Numbered from the stretch's first letter, positions 14,979 through 29,240 are shown. The stretch is 64,000 nucleotides of DNA from Eledone cirrhosa (GCA_964016885.1 OZ024754.1:5394001-5458000), one strand, 5' to 3'. The notes: generated by a model not told the origin, from the sequence alone. Numbers and translations are program-made.

Positions 14979-15239
14979 GAAGTTGTCCCCCCAAAATGTA
15001 TATACACTTTGATAATAATTGTTTCTACTTTAAGCACAAGGCCAGCAATTACTCAGTACATTACTGGTACTTTATTTTATCGAACCCGTAAGGATGAAAG
15101 GCAAAGTTAACCTCGGCGGGATTTGAACTCAGACTGTAAAGGGACATAACTATGCTAGAAAAAATGGCGTCCAACCCTCTACCGATACTGCCAAATGATG
15201 GTGTAGTGTGTATTGTATATATTTTTGAGGGACAACCTG

Positions 15240-15240
<1 letters not shown>
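14979..15240. mobile_element. Tc1/mariner MITE interrupted by a SINE family 1 insertion (15013-15194, minus)
   Basis: TIRs agttgtcccccaaaatgtata / tatatatttttgagggacaacctg-TA enclose a SINE copy. Confidence 0.75.
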
Positions 15241-15272
<32 letters not shown>

Positions 15273-15425
15273 GTGTGTGTGTTTGTGAGAATTTGTGCTC
15301 CTGTGCGAGTGTACATGCTTGTGTGTGTGTGCGCACGTATCTGCTAATCTGTTTCAGTGTGCGTGTGTACGTGCTTGTGTGTGTGTGTGTGTGTGTTCGT
15401 ATCATTCTGTGTATGTATGTATGTA

Positions 15426-15481
<56 letters not shown>

Positions 15482-15511
15482 CATATATATATTATATACG
15501 TGTGTTCGTAT

Positions 15512-15598
<87 letters not shown>

Positions 15599-16002
15599 GT
15601 GTGTTCGCATACAATAATATAGAAGTGTTTACAGATATGTGTGAAGACATTTTTTCTTGTCCTTTCATTCCAAACGTGTCGTCTGATTATTTTAGTAGCC
15701 CAGTTTTCCATCAGACAATCCATATGGCTGCCAGGCAAGAAAGTAAGCTATGAGAAAACTTAGTAAAAAGAAAAGTCCTGTAATCGAGTTAGAAAGTTGC
15801 ATACTTCACACAATATTTGCGGAAATAATGTCACCTCTACACAACAGAACACCATTTTGACAAAAAGACCCTCACTGTTTTTTTGTTTTTTTTTGTGTGT
15901 GTGTTTTTTTTTTTGTACTTTTGTAACTTTTGTAGATTTCTCTCTCATTTTCTCTCTTTCTCTTTCTCTTTCTCTTTCTCTTTCTCTTTCTCTTTCTCTT
16001 TC

Positions 16003-16035
<33 letters not shown>

Positions 16036-16076
16036 TTCTCTTTCTGGTGTATACATACATATATATATATGTACTA

Positions 16077-16123
<47 letters not shown>

Positions 16124-16157
16124 TTGTTTGTATATACATATATATATACATATTTGT

Positions 16158-16215
<58 letters not shown>

Positions 16216-16243
16216 TACAAATATATATATACATATTTGTATG

Positions 16244-16292
<49 letters not shown>

Positions 16293-16478
16293 ATGTATAT
16301 ATATATGTATATATATATATATATATACATATATGTATGTATGTGTGCGTGTGTGTTAGTTACTTTATCTTTCGTTGGTATTTTTGTGGATGTTTCTTTT
16401 ATCTCTTCTTATATTTCTTTCTTTATGGCTCCTTGTCGATATTGCACCTGGCTCCTGCAATAAATGTGAGAAGTAGAT

Positions 16479-16554
<76 letters not shown>

Positions 16555-16646
16555 GTAGGTATATATAATATAAGTTTAGTCTGGGTGTTACATTCTGGCT
16601 CCAAGTCCGAACACCTTCCTCTCGAAGGGACAAACGTATAAACATA

Positions 16647-16687
<41 letters not shown>

Positions 16688-16853
16688 GCGCGCACACAAA
16701 CTCATAGTTATATATATATATATATATATACATACATATATATACAAAGGAGAGAGATGAGGGTTGGTACTGCATATATTATCAATAGTTGAGTAAAACT
16801 GATGGTAAAGAAACATTTTTGAAGTCATTGCAATTACGACGACGACAAGAAGA

Positions 16854-16921
<68 letters not shown>

Positions 16922-17363
16922 ATGCTCGAAGTAGAAAAGGAAAAGCGAAAATGGCTCAGAACACAAAGTATCGCTTGGTATAATACAAAGTGTTATGCCT
17001 GGTTCTCAAACGAATACTTCATTGCAAATAGTTACCTGAACAAACATTCACAGATCTTTAGATTACGCCGTCACTTCAGGAATAATTTATTGAATTTCTG
17101 AACATTCAACTAAACAACGACACTTACAAAGAATCAGGTATAATACGTCACAAAATCTCACGATAAAGTTGTCTTCGACAATTATTTCTTTCCTATGTCA
17201 CATAGAACGCCTTTTACTAATTTTTCTTTCCTTCTTTGCATTCTACGTGGTATAGGATTGTTGTATAAGCCAAATATGAACACGTCAATATATACCACAT
17301 CTATAGTTACTTTATAAGAACTTGTTGGGAGTGAGAAATACATGAGCGTATATACATAAATAT

Positions 17364-17421
<58 letters not shown>

Positions 17422-17424
<3 letters not shown>

Positions 17425-17623
17425 CAATGAGGGTGTAGTAAGATCCAGGTGGACCATAACGCACCAGGGTACTCAATACTTAGGATAGTAGAGTGGGTAA
17501 TAGGAAAAGAGTCAGGACTCCGACGGCTGAGCTCCGGCCGTTTCGACAGCTAGATCCGAACCGTTCGGATCTAGCTGTCTAAATGGCCGTCGCACAGCGG
17601 TCGCGGTCCTCACTCTTTTCCTA
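17422..17623 (-). mobile_element. Family B fold-back hammerhead element
   Basis: 17-bp perfect inverted arms (17545-17561 / 17563-17579) with a diverged outer palindrome. Minus strand GAAA-CGGC-cggagctca-GCCG-TC stem III. Confidence 0.8.
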
Positions 17624-17631
17624 CACACACG

Positions 17632-17677
<46 letters not shown>

Positions 17678-17909
17678 TTTATATAGGTATATGATGCAAC
17701 TCTGATTCTTTGTTCCCTTATATACGGTCTGATCGATCCTATATAAGATGTAGGATAGTATACAGTTATATAATTGCTATAGATCAGTCAATATGTCAAT
17801 ATGGTCAACCCTCCGAAACGATCGTGAGACAATTATAAGAATAGATAAAATAACTTGAATTTGTTATTATAGTTATTATTAAATTAATATCTAATATATA
17901 TATATATAT

Positions 17910-18192
17910 ACTTGGGGAGGGTCATATTGTTGTAATAATATTGACAGAAATAATAACAGAACACACTCACTGCTTGGTTGGTTTCGCTTCTGTATCTTTT
18001 ATATATCCACAGTTAATTCATTTGGTCCTCAATGTTTATCATTGACTGACCAACGGTCAAAAATACAAATATAATATAGATATAAACACATATATATAGT
18101 CTAACAAAGTTCTTTCGTAGCACATCTGCAACATCATCAGTGGTGCTATTATGTTCCTCCTGTTGTATTGTATGTCTACGCCATTTTTATTT
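17910..18192 (-). mobile_element. Family A element (subfamily 2) with hammerhead motif
   Basis: Minus: CTGATGA (18140-18134)-tgttgcagatgtgctac-GAAA-gaac-TT. Near-identical to 41183-41485. Flanked by (TA)n. Confidence 0.7.
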
Positions 18193-18524
18193 TATATATA
18201 TATATATATATATAAATGGAAGGTTAGTAAAATCGAAGTTATGGCGGTGGCCAAGCTAACGAGATTCAATTATGTTTGTGCAGCAAACCACTCAATCAGG
18301 TTGTAACAACTTAGAGTAATTAACATACGTTAGATAGCGTGACAAATTGAAAATTGCGAGAGGAGGGCCTAGCCACATAATACAGCAAAGCAACGAAAAT
18401 ACATTCAGGTTAGGGAAAAACAATTGGACCGGGCGATGCGTTATGTCCTTGAGCAAGACACTTTATTTCACTTTGCTCCTTCTACCTGCAGTTGCGACTG
18501 ATAGACAGTAGTAGACTGATAGAC

Positions 18525-18665
18525 AGTAGTAGAGTGAGTAATAGGAAAAGAGTCAGGACCCCGACGGCTGAGCTCTGGCCGTCTCGACAGCTAGATCCGA
18601 ACATGAGTTCGGATCTAGCTGACGAAACGACCGGAGCTCAGGCGTTGGGGTCCTGACTCCTTTAC

Positions 18666-18667
<2 letters not shown>
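18525..18667. mobile_element. Family B fold-back hammerhead element
   Basis: Inverted arms around 18603-18606. Plus arm retains ATGA-GTT...GAC-GAAAC, i.e. the 3' part of the CUGAUGA box plus stem II. Confidence 0.8.
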
Positions 18668-18696
<29 letters not shown>

Positions 18697-18922
18697 CGGA
18701 GCAAGCGGTTATCAAACAATTCTCTAAATAAATTAAAAAAACGATTTAAACAATCACCTGTTCTATTGCTGTTACCGACGGTTTCATCATTCCAAAATAT
18801 TTCCAATGGATTATATTGTTCTGGTAACTCGAATTAGTACCATTGAACCACAAATATTATAAACACCTTGCATATTTCACAAGTACATAGTACCTGTTGA
18901 GGTATTCATCCACTTTTATATC

Positions 18923-19029
<107 letters not shown>

Positions 19030-21185
19030 CTAATGGTAGCTAAGATGCTTCCATAGGTGGTATGCCGATTGAGCACTCTATGCTCCTACGGAGCAGAGTA
19101 TTATAGAATGGAAAACGAAAAATCAGTGATGCATCGGAACTCAATTTATTACGTATTACAATTGTTTCCCCGAGGTGCGATCTGTGTGTAGATCGACCTG
19201 ACTCTAAACTCGCAGCTTCCTCGGACACGTCTATGGATTTCGGGGCATATATATACATGCGTGTGTGTGTGTGAAGGGTTTGGTGAAGATACTTACAGCA
19301 AATGGTAAGCAATAGCATCGAACCTGAGACTCTATAATTGTGAAGCGAATTTATTGATCAAGCGTTTAGTACACTTATATAAAAATTAAACATAGTTGAC
19401 GCAATATGCTTTTAGCAATAACATGCATGAGAAAGCAGCTTAAATGTTTACTTTTTATAAAATTCAAGGGATGCGACTCTTTATTAAAATGCAAGGGAAA
19501 TAACTTCATATATTTTAATGCAATTTACCAAAGCGAGCAAGAATAGCAAAAGAAAAAAATAAGCAAAATAAAAGGAGGGGGAAGTGTGGTGGAAGTATTG
19601 TCTACTTCGTTGGCTGAAGAGTAATTGTCAAATAGCTCTCACAGACAAGATGTCAAAAACACTGCCACAAAAATCAGCCAGCATTACTCACTACATCGGC
19701 CGTTTGACCTCAGAGGGACTCCTTCAGGAGGTCTGGTGACCATATCTTGATTTGGCGGAGGCAAACCGCGGAAGGGGGAACACTGGGGGTAGGAGGAAAA
19801 CAGAGATCTCGATGATGACCGAAGGGGAATTAATTTAGCAGTCAACGCAGTATTATGGTCTTCTAAATTAGAGACAAAGCCAGTAATTTGGGTGGCGGGC
19901 AAACGTCGACTATATTGACTCAGTATTTGACATTACGGGCTTCTGTATAGTTTCTGTTCACAAAAGTTTGTTAGGATCGAACCCGGATCTAGGGAGTTCC
20001 AAAACGAACTTCTTTACCGTACAACAATTACTGTGTTTAAATAATGAAAAAAAAATTCTCATTTAAACACATAGTACGGTAATTTTTTGTGGGTGGTGTG
20101 CAAATTATCATATTGACCCTAGTACGTAACTGGTACTTTATGTTATAGACTAGAGAAGGATAGAAGACAAAATTCACCTAGCTTGATTTGAACTGACAAC
20201 CTAAACATTCGACAGAAATCGTTTTCTCCTACGTTGTAACGATTTACTATTGAGTATATTCTAGCTAAAGCTGAAGTTTCACGTTGACTTTTATAATTCC
20301 TGGTTGATACCAGATGAAGAAAATGCATTTTGACTTCATTAATAGTGATGGATACATTAGTTGGGGAGACGGATTAAGTGGGTATGTATTTGTTCCTACG
20401 CTATTAATTCAAATCACCCAGGGGTCAACTTTACCTGTTATCAGTTCGTGGTCGATAAATAAAGCACCAAATCCAGATTCGGTGTATTGACGGAATCGTT
20501 AAAATGTGTCAGGTGCGAGGTTGCGAAATATCTGGTTTGGTTCTGTATATTTTGATTTAAACTCCCGCCTCATGCCACTGGTACAGTAGAGGTACATCTA
20601 GCAGGATTGATGACTGGCAGATATTATATGTACTTACTCCAGCCGAGTAGCATCACGTGATGAATCTTCTCAAATACCAACCGAAATATTTATATGACAG
20701 TTCGACTCCGCAGTTTGCGAAAATAAATTAGCGAATAATAAAAAAAAAAAGTATAAAACTTCCAAGGGAGGCTATCGATAATTGAGAGTTTGAAGGGAAA
20801 TAACTATTGCAAATTAGTAATTTAGCGTTATGTTAAGTCAGGAACACTGAATTTCAAGTGGAGGTGTAGAGGAGCTGTCGGGTCACACGGCGAGTCTTGC
20901 GTATTTTAAAACTTAATTGAGGCCATCCCTCTGCTGGTTGGAATACTGTTTATTACTTCCACTGAAAGAAAGGTAGAAAGAAATTGAGATAAAAGAAGAA
21001 TCAATCCCATCACTGGTTTGGTACTTTATATTTGATCATATCGATTATACTCATCTTAATTGATTTCGATGGGATTAGAACTTAGTAAGTGAAGATCTGT
21101 AAATAAATAAGAACAAGGTTATTAATTCTTGTTGTTGTTGCTGCTGTTGTTGTTGCAACTGTTGTTGTTAATCTTCTTCTTCTTC

Positions 21186-21228
<43 letters not shown>

Positions 21229-21289
21229 GGTCCTGTGTTGTCTGTAATGTTTTTCTTGATGTCTGCCCTTGTGGCCAATAAAGAAATCC

Positions 21290-21426
21290 AGCATAGTTAC
21301 GCCCCTTTACGGTCTGAGTTCAAATCCCGTCGAGGTTAAGTTTGCCTTTCATCCCTACCGGGTCGATAAAATAAAGTACCAGTAATGAACTGGGTAATTG
21401 CTGTCCTTGTGCCTAAAGTAGAAACA

Positions 21427-21462
<36 letters not shown>

Positions 21463-21822
21463 CTCTGAGTTCAAATCCCGCCGAGGTTAACTTTGCCTTT
21501 CATCCTTAGGGAGTCGATAAAATAAAAAGTACCAGTCATGCACTGGGATCGATTTAATCGACTTTCCCCTCCCCCATAATTGCTGGCCTTGTGCCTATAA
21601 AAGTATATAAGAAAACATTACTATTATTATTAGGCGGTGGATTGGCAGTACCAGTAGAGGGTCGGACGCCATGCTTTGACGCAAAGAGTTAAGGCCCTTT
21701 CTATTCTGAGTTCAAATCCCGCCGAGGTTAAGTTTGCCTTTCATCCTTACGGGGTCGATAAAATAAAGTGCCAGTAATACACTGGGTAATTGCTGGCATT
21801 GTGCCAAAAGTAGAAACAATTA

Positions 21823-21830
<8 letters not shown>
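21290..21830 (+). mobile_element. Three tandem SINE family 1 copies
   Basis: Copies at ~21290-21460, 21462-21631 and 21632-21830, each with B-box, central domain and (ATT)n tail. Confidence 0.9.
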
Positions 21831-21895
<65 letters not shown>

Positions 21896-22218
21896 CGTTC
21901 TCCTTCTTCTCCTTCTTCTTTTTTCTTCTTCTTCATCGTCGTTTTCGTCGTCTTCTTTTCCCCGAAAAACATGTCCGATGATTCTTGCCTGTCAAATTCT
22001 AACCAATGTCCGTTGTACTCTAGTTGTGACTTCTAGATTCTGGGAGGTAGCAACATACAATCGTACATATGCATAAGGCTCGTGTATAAACAAGGGAAAT
22101 TACTCCTACATCTAATTTCAAGAGTTATCTCCCGCAAAAAAATATCTCTTCGCTTGACAAGAGGATTTTCTTTTCACTTTACAATGTCAGTATGTCACAC
22201 ATTTCGCTGATTCAATCT

Positions 22219-22294
<76 letters not shown>

Positions 22295-22351
22295 TAGGTA
22301 GCATACCGGTATGGTTTCATTTTATACAGAATGCTTTATTGAATGTTTTTA

Positions 22352-22441
22352 TTGATTCTGATGAATCCAATTATTAGATTATATAATTAACAAATAATTA
22401 GATATATATCCTGTAAGATGGAAGAAACGTGCGTTAATCAA
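22352..22441 (+). ncRNA. Type I hammerhead motif (PLE-type) with long stem II insert
   Basis: Stem I TTGATT 22352-57 / AATCAA 22436-41. CTGATGA 22358-64. tcca...tgga stem II. GAAA 22424-27. Near-palindromic ACGTGCGT stem III. GUU site. Confidence 0.65.
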
Positions 22442-22480
22442 AATATGATATAATTAACAATATTTCGTATTATTTACACT

Positions 22481-22553
<73 letters not shown>

Positions 22554-22555
<2 letters not shown>

Positions 22556-22760
22556 AAGGCGGGTAAAATTCCCGAGATCCATGGACGAGTTCTCTCCAGC
22601 GGTCTCTGTCCCTCATTATCGCTGCCATATCCTGCATCTCCAACAGACCAGTGTCTGTCCTTAGGGCATCAACATATGTTAACCTTGGTCTTCCCCTTCC
22701 AGTGTGTCCATGTAGGGGCTCCCAAAGGAGCACTGAGTGCAATGTCAACTCTGTGTGACT
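22554..22760 (-). mobile_element. RTE-clade LINE 3' fragment
   Basis: VLLWEPLHGHTGRGRPRLTYVDALRTDTG...MRDRDRWRELV is a typical RTE C-terminus. Runs directly into (TA)n. Confidence 0.85.
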
Positions 22761-22901
22761 ATATAGACGTTCCCCTCCTTCGCTGAATATACAGAATTAT
22801 ATTTATAAGATTCAACCCTGAATTCAGTCACAAAATTTCCGCCAAAATATTTTAGTTCTTTTTTTAGAAATGCAACCTAATGCAATAGCGCTAGAACGAT
22901 A

Positions 22902-23049
22902 CCGTATTTCCCGGCGTCGAAGACGCTCCTATCTTCCTAAAATAAGTCTCAAAAATCTACCATGCGTTTTTTTTTTATTCAAAATTTTTGGTTGTCAAAA
23001 TTAGGGTGCATCCTTGGGGTCGAAGCATCTTCGGCGCCGGGAAATGCGG
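22902..23049. mobile_element. Tc1/mariner-superfamily (pogo/Tc2-like) MITE
   Basis: 26-bp imperfect TIRs ccgtatttcccggcgtcgaagacgct / agcatcttcggcgccgggaaatgcgg. TA on the left, CA on the right. Confidence 0.75.
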
Positions 23050-23384
23050 CAAGTTATAACTTCAAGGGAAGTAACTTTCATAAAATGTAATCAATTGTTA
23101 TTTCCCTTGCACATTTTAAGTTACACCGTTCGGTAAGGATAAGAAATTCGATTTAAAATCTAACTCTCGTAGGTTTCACTTCAGAAAGTCCCAATCATGT
23201 TCTTAACACGTTATCTGAGTATAAATAAAAGTATCTCTATATGGAACTAGTATTCGATTGCTCTTTTGAAATATAATATGTCCTGTCATGAAGTTACTGA
23301 ATTGATAGGCGTAGGTGTAAATGTTAAACTGTGACTGTCTTATATATATATGTGGAGAGGGGTTCCAGAGTTGTGTCGAGGCGT

Positions 23385-23535
23385 GAGCTCATTTATAAAA
23401 GGTACTCAATACGTTGTTTGTGTTGAGGCATATTTATTATACATAGAAATTACTTCTACTGGGCTAAAACTATTTCGTTCGTTTGACACAAATGAAGCAG
23501 TTCTCGTCTTTTCTGTATATTATAAAGAAATATAT
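23385..23535. mobile_element. Family C element, decayed fold-back copy
   Basis: aaggtactcaatac...ttctactgggctaaaactatttcgttc...gaagcagttctcgtc resembles 27545-27740. Confidence 0.5.
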
Positions 23536-23829
23536 ATGTGCGATTGAGTGGAATTAACTGTCGAAACGGTGAGAGCTGAGCGATCAGTCTCCGACTCTAC
23601 TCTATATATGTGTGTGTGTGGGGGGGGGGGGTCTATTTGAAGTTTTAAGACCATCATAATGCTAAATGGACGAACAAAAAATATAAGACGAAGATGTTAA
23701 TTATTACTTATTTATCTGTCCTGATATTTCGAGATGAAATCCCTTCTTCGGGGGGAAAATAACAAGCGACAAGTCCGGATTCGGTGAACACGTTATGCCA
23801 TGAACTACAACTTATATAATATATATATT

Positions 23830-24095
23830 TATATAATACAAAATTCAGTAAGACCGTGAATTAATATTACTGCTGTTTATTTACACATCTACGAACGTTT
23901 CAATACAGCCGAAAAAATAACTCAACATAAGCGATTTACCTTAAGGTATGCGCCTATGTGGAGTTAATTAAGTGAAAATATTTCGGTTTTCTCTACTATT
24001 GTTGCATAATTTCTGGCTGTATTGAAACGTCCGTAGATATATAAATAAACAACAATAATTTTAATCCTTGGTTTTACTGAATTTTTAAATATAAA
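23830..24095. mobile_element. Fold-back element with decayed hammerhead half
   Basis: Imperfect ~95-bp inverted arms (~23830-23928 / ~23997-24095). Plus arm has tatt-GAAA-cg-tc-cg-TA-gat. Confidence 0.6.
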
Positions 24096-24109
24096 TGTTC
24101 TGATACTAC

Positions 24110-24330
24110 TACCATTCACTCCCGAAAAACAAAGGGAAAAAGAAGCATTGATCTTAAGCTCTCTTACCAATGAAAATAGTGAACTAACACACTGAGATGC
24201 CAACATGGATGGACCTGTTATTTTTCTTTAAAAACATTTTTTTCCGATTCCGCCCTGCCCGTCCCTTCAATCTGTTTAATTTCTCATTCTTTCTTCTGAT
24301 AAAACACTAGCGTCTGAAACGTTAAGACCC
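24110..24330 (+). mobile_element. PLE 3' end remnant: possible GIY-YIG C-terminus plus decayed hammerhead
   Basis: QREKEALILSSLTNENSELTH*DA loosely resembles the R..KEA..I...LN.D motif. Followed by TCTT-CTGATAA-...-GAAA-cg-TT-AAGA (24292-24327). Confidence 0.4.
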
Positions 24331-24414
24331 TCTTCCTACTATTTCAAGCGTTAACCTAATATATATATATACCTTCCATATACTGTACCGATTGTGTTTT
24401 TATTTCTGTTTACC

Positions 24415-24455
<41 letters not shown>

Positions 24456-24608
24456 TATATATATTAATTAAAATATATATATTTAATAAAATAACAGATA
24501 AATATTTGCTCTACGGTTCTTATATATTTGATATATATTTATACTTATCGAGCCCTCTTTGGGTTTTAGTCTTCAAATTTATTATTATTACTATATATAT
24601 ACATATAT

Positions 24609-24698
<90 letters not shown>

Positions 24699-24705
<7 letters not shown>

Positions 24706-24873
24706 TTCTACAGGACTAGAAGTGTTTTATTTGAAAGAAATCATCAGGAAAGCCTACATTTGCTTCGAATGAAACAGTTCTAGTCCAGTAGAAGCCATTT
24801 CTATATTAAATATTTATACTCTACTATGTATTGAGTACCTTACTTACTGTGGTTACCCCCGATTGAACCCGGG

Positions 24874-24876
<3 letters not shown>
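24699..24876 (+). mobile_element. Family C fold-back hammerhead element
   Basis: atggcttctacaggactagaa...aaatcatcagg / gaatgaaacagttctagtccagtagaagccat inverted arms. Homologous to 27545-27740 in the opposite orientation. Confidence 0.75.
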
Positions 24877-24971
<95 letters not shown>

Positions 24972-25472
24972 GAGTATGTGGGTGTTTGTATATGTTTATA
25001 TAGATGGATTAATGGATGCCAATATGGAAAGAAAATGAGGATATTGAGAGATAAAACAATACTAAACACACGTGTATAGCATAACAAGAGATTTGTGACT
25101 GATCGTTTGACTGGAATCTAAGAATATCAAAAGAAGAATTCACCAAGGAATTACAATCTTCAGTGACCATTTCGTTAGATATATCCAAGATGGTGGAAAA
25201 ATCAATAGAGACCGATAAATTCCACGTGGAACACAAAATTCAATATTGGTTTATTCATATTTGTCATCTTTTGAGAGACAAATATATTATGTGGCTGACG
25301 GGTATTGGATTGTGGGTGGGGGTAGGGTGAGGGTTGGGAGAGAGTTAGGTGAGGGTTGGGAGAGGGTTAGGTGCGGTTGGGTGAGGGTTTGGCGTTCGTT
25401 AATATCTTCCTGTGTTGTTATTTAGATTGTTTTTTATGTATTGTTCGTTATATATATGTATGTATGTATGTA

Positions 25473-25596
<124 letters not shown>

Positions 25597-25641
25597 GAGA
25601 TTTATATACACACACACATATATATATATAAGTGTATATAT

Positions 25642-25702
<61 letters not shown>

Positions 25703-25735
25703 TATATATATATATTAATATATATATATATATAA

Positions 25736-25766
<31 letters not shown>

Positions 25767-25831
25767 TAATATATATATATATATATATATATAGATATAG
25801 ATATATATATATATATATATACATATATATA

Positions 25832-25974
25832 TAACGGAGGAAATGTGGTAAGGAACCAGGTGGACCATAAGGCACCAAAGTACTCAATACTTAGGGTAGT
25901 AGAGTGGGTAATATGAACGAGTAGGACCCCGACGGCTGAGCTCAAGCCGTTTCGACGACTAATTCTGGAATCCC
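25832..25974 (-). mobile_element. Family B element, single arm, in (TA)n
   Basis: Near-identical to 46289-46423. Minus strand GAAA-CGGCT-tgagctc-AGCCG-TC. Confidence 0.8.
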
Positions 25975-26167
25975 TATATATATATATAGGGAGAGAGAGA
26001 GGGGGTGGATATGTGTGTATGTGGAGGGTGTTTGTGTGTGTATGTGTGTGTTTTGCATGTTCTCTGTCTTCAATCTAGTCTCTTTCCAAGACACAAACGC
26101 CACCTTGTGTTGTGCTGTCTTTGTCCATGTATTGTCTCCGGCCCTTGTTGCCAGGAATGGGAATTAT

Positions 26168-26385
26168 TATTGGCTGTATCGGTAGAGCGTCGGACAACAT
26201 GCTTTGTGCCATAGAGTTACCAGCCTTTACGTTCTGAGTTCAACTCCCATCGAGTTTAGCTTTGTCTATCGTCCTTACGGGGTTGTTAAAATAAAGTACC
26301 AGTCACGCACTGGGGTCGATTTAATACGATTTTCCCCTCCCAAAAAATGGCTGGCATTGTGCCTAAAGTAGAAACAATTATTATC
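26168..26385 (+). mobile_element. SINE family 1
   Basis: A-box, B-box and central domain. Confidence 0.85.
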
Positions 26386-26393
26386 ATATAAAA

Positions 26394-26394
<1 letters not shown>

Positions 26395-26445
<51 letters not shown>

Positions 26446-26447
26446 TC

Positions 26448-26517
<70 letters not shown>

Positions 26518-26519
26518 TC

Positions 26520-26586
<67 letters not shown>

Positions 26587-26588
26587 TC

Positions 26589-26653
<65 letters not shown>

Positions 26654-26682
26654 CTAGTAGTTGTAGTAGTAGTAGCAGCAGA

Positions 26683-26744
<62 letters not shown>

Positions 26745-26772
26745 CAGCAGCACCAGCAGCAGGTAGCAGCAT

Positions 26773-26808
<36 letters not shown>

Positions 26809-26852
26809 CAGCAGCACCAGCAGCAGTATCAGCAGTAGTAGCATTAGTAGTG

Positions 26853-26886
<34 letters not shown>

Positions 26887-26901
26887 CAGTAGTAGCAGCA
26901 C

Positions 26902-26946
<45 letters not shown>

Positions 26947-26974
26947 CAGCAGCACCAGCAGCAGGTAGCAGCAT

Positions 26975-27010
<36 letters not shown>

Positions 27011-27046
27011 CAGCAGCACCAGCAACAGTAGCATTAGTAGTAGCAT

Positions 27047-27099
<53 letters not shown>

Positions 27100-27135
27100 A
27101 TACCACCACTAATGACAGCAGTAGCAGCAGCAGTA
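26395..27135. repeat. (TAG)n/(CAG) compound microsatellite
   Basis: Long AGT array with periodic interruptions. Confidence 0.95.
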
Positions 27136-27480
27136 GTATATTTTCATTCGTATCTCGACATATGCGGACAGACGAACCTTATCCACTGACTTGATTAGAA
27201 TAGAACCGACAAGAGATAGCGAGACTAATGACTATTTAGATATATCTACTTCCTGAATTCCTTTCCATACCTGTAATTCTCCACGGAATACTGTTTCTTA
27301 ACAGTAAAGAATTCCAATGGTATTTACCGCTGGGCCTTTTGAAACACTCCTGAGAAAAAGCGGTCTTCTGTAACGCATGACCACACTCATTTAAACGTAC
27401 CCAACCACTCCTCCGTCACACACAAGAACGTGGTAATAATATACACGCGTGTGTGTATATATATATATATATATATACAT

Positions 27481-27543
<63 letters not shown>

Positions 27544-27544
27544 C

Positions 27545-27736
27545 GTTATTTCCGGGTTGAATCGGAGGTAACCACAGTAAGTAAGGTACTCAATACATTG
27601 CAGAGTATAAAAGTTTTAATATAGATGAGATTCTACAGGACTAGAACTGTTTCATTCTTTAGAAATCATCAGGAATCCTGATAATTTCTAAAGAATGAAA
27701 CAGTTCTAGTCCTGTAGAATCTCATCTATATTAAAA

Positions 27737-27740
<4 letters not shown>
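27545..27740 (-). mobile_element. Family C fold-back element with intact hammerhead (27628-27678, minus)
   Basis: 64-bp inverted arms 27611-27674 / 27676-27739 with 1 mismatch. Minus: GGATTC-CTGATGA-tttctaaagaat-GAAA-CAG-ttctagtc-CTG-TA-GAATCT. Confidence 0.85.
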
Positions 27741-27826
<86 letters not shown>

Positions 27827-27910
27827 ATAAAGGAAAGAAAACAAAACAAGTACACGGATGCAAAAACACACTTATGTATATATATATATATATATGCGTA
27901 TGTTATATAT

Positions 27911-27976
<66 letters not shown>

Positions 27977-27980
<4 letters not shown>

Positions 27981-28145
27981 AAAGAGTCTGAACCCCTACG
28001 TCTAAGCTCTGGCCTTTAGCAGACGAAACGGCCGGAGCTCAGCCGTCGGGGTCCTGACTCTTTTCCTAATACCAGCTCTACTACCCTAAGTATCGAGTAC
28101 CCTGGTGCATTATGGTCCACCTGGCTTCTTACCACACTTTCTTTG

Positions 28146-28149
<4 letters not shown>
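27977..28149 (+). mobile_element. Family B element with diverged inverted arm
   Basis: GAAA (28025-28)-CGGC-cggagctca-GCCG-TC-ggggtc...tatcgagtacc...cttaccacac. (TA)n on both sides. Confidence 0.8.
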
Positions 28150-28240
<91 letters not shown>

Positions 28241-28783
28241 CATAAATGGATAAATAGATAGATGGATACACAGATATATATATAGATATATATATAGATA
28301 TAGATATATATATAGATATATAGATATAGATATTGATGTTAGATATAGTTATTGATATAGATATATATACACCACAGTTTCACCTACAACTAGAGTGTAT
28401 AACATTTGGTGGTAGGTCTTCCTTTCATGAACTGTCCTGGGATTGATGTCGTATCTCTCTCCTGGTTATTAACTCCCTCCTACAGTGAAATATAGATATA
28501 TATATTATCCTGGTAACAAGGGAATATATCTATAGGGATTTTACAACGAAATATACTGTAATGTGTTGCGGTTAATGTGTGTAAAACATTATGTCGTTTG
28601 TAGTCATGTTACAGTGCGGTTCAAACGCATGCGCAATACTCAAGGATACATGCAAACACATATGCCTATATGCTATATATTCACACATATATACACACTA
28701 ACACTCACTCACACACACTCACACACATATATATATATATTATTTTTATAGTCGTGTGTGCGTATGTATGTATATGTAAATGC

Positions 28784-28828
<45 letters not shown>

Positions 28829-28834
<6 letters not shown>

Positions 28835-29240
28835 ATTAAATAAATGGAAAACTATATTTATAAAACCATATTTATTTCATTATATATATTTCGGGGATAT
28901 CATATTAACAATATGCTATGCCTTCATCAGACAAAATCTTTCTTTCTCTCTGTATTTTCACTGCTAGAGTAAACCTCTTCAAATGAAGTTGATGTTTATT
29001 ACGGTATGTCGAATATATTTATCTATAAAACTGTTTATATTGTATTTTGTCTGATGAAGGCATAGCATATTGTTAATATGATATCCCCGAAATATATATA
29101 ATGAAATAAATATGGTTTTATAAATATAGTTTTCCATTTATTTAATATTGTAAATATACTCCAAGTATTTGTCGAGTGCTTTTATATCAGTTATAAATAT
29201 TTACTAGTTGTAACCCAACAATTTTAAATATAACTTTACA
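28829..29240 (+). mobile_element. Family D element: 109-bp perfect inverted repeat with a hammerhead motif on each strand
   Basis: Arms 28829-28937 and 29044-29152 are exact reverse complements. Plus strand: TATTTTGT-CTGATGA (29051-57)-stem II-GAAA (29089-92)-TATATA-TA-ATGAAATA. Confidence 0.85.
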
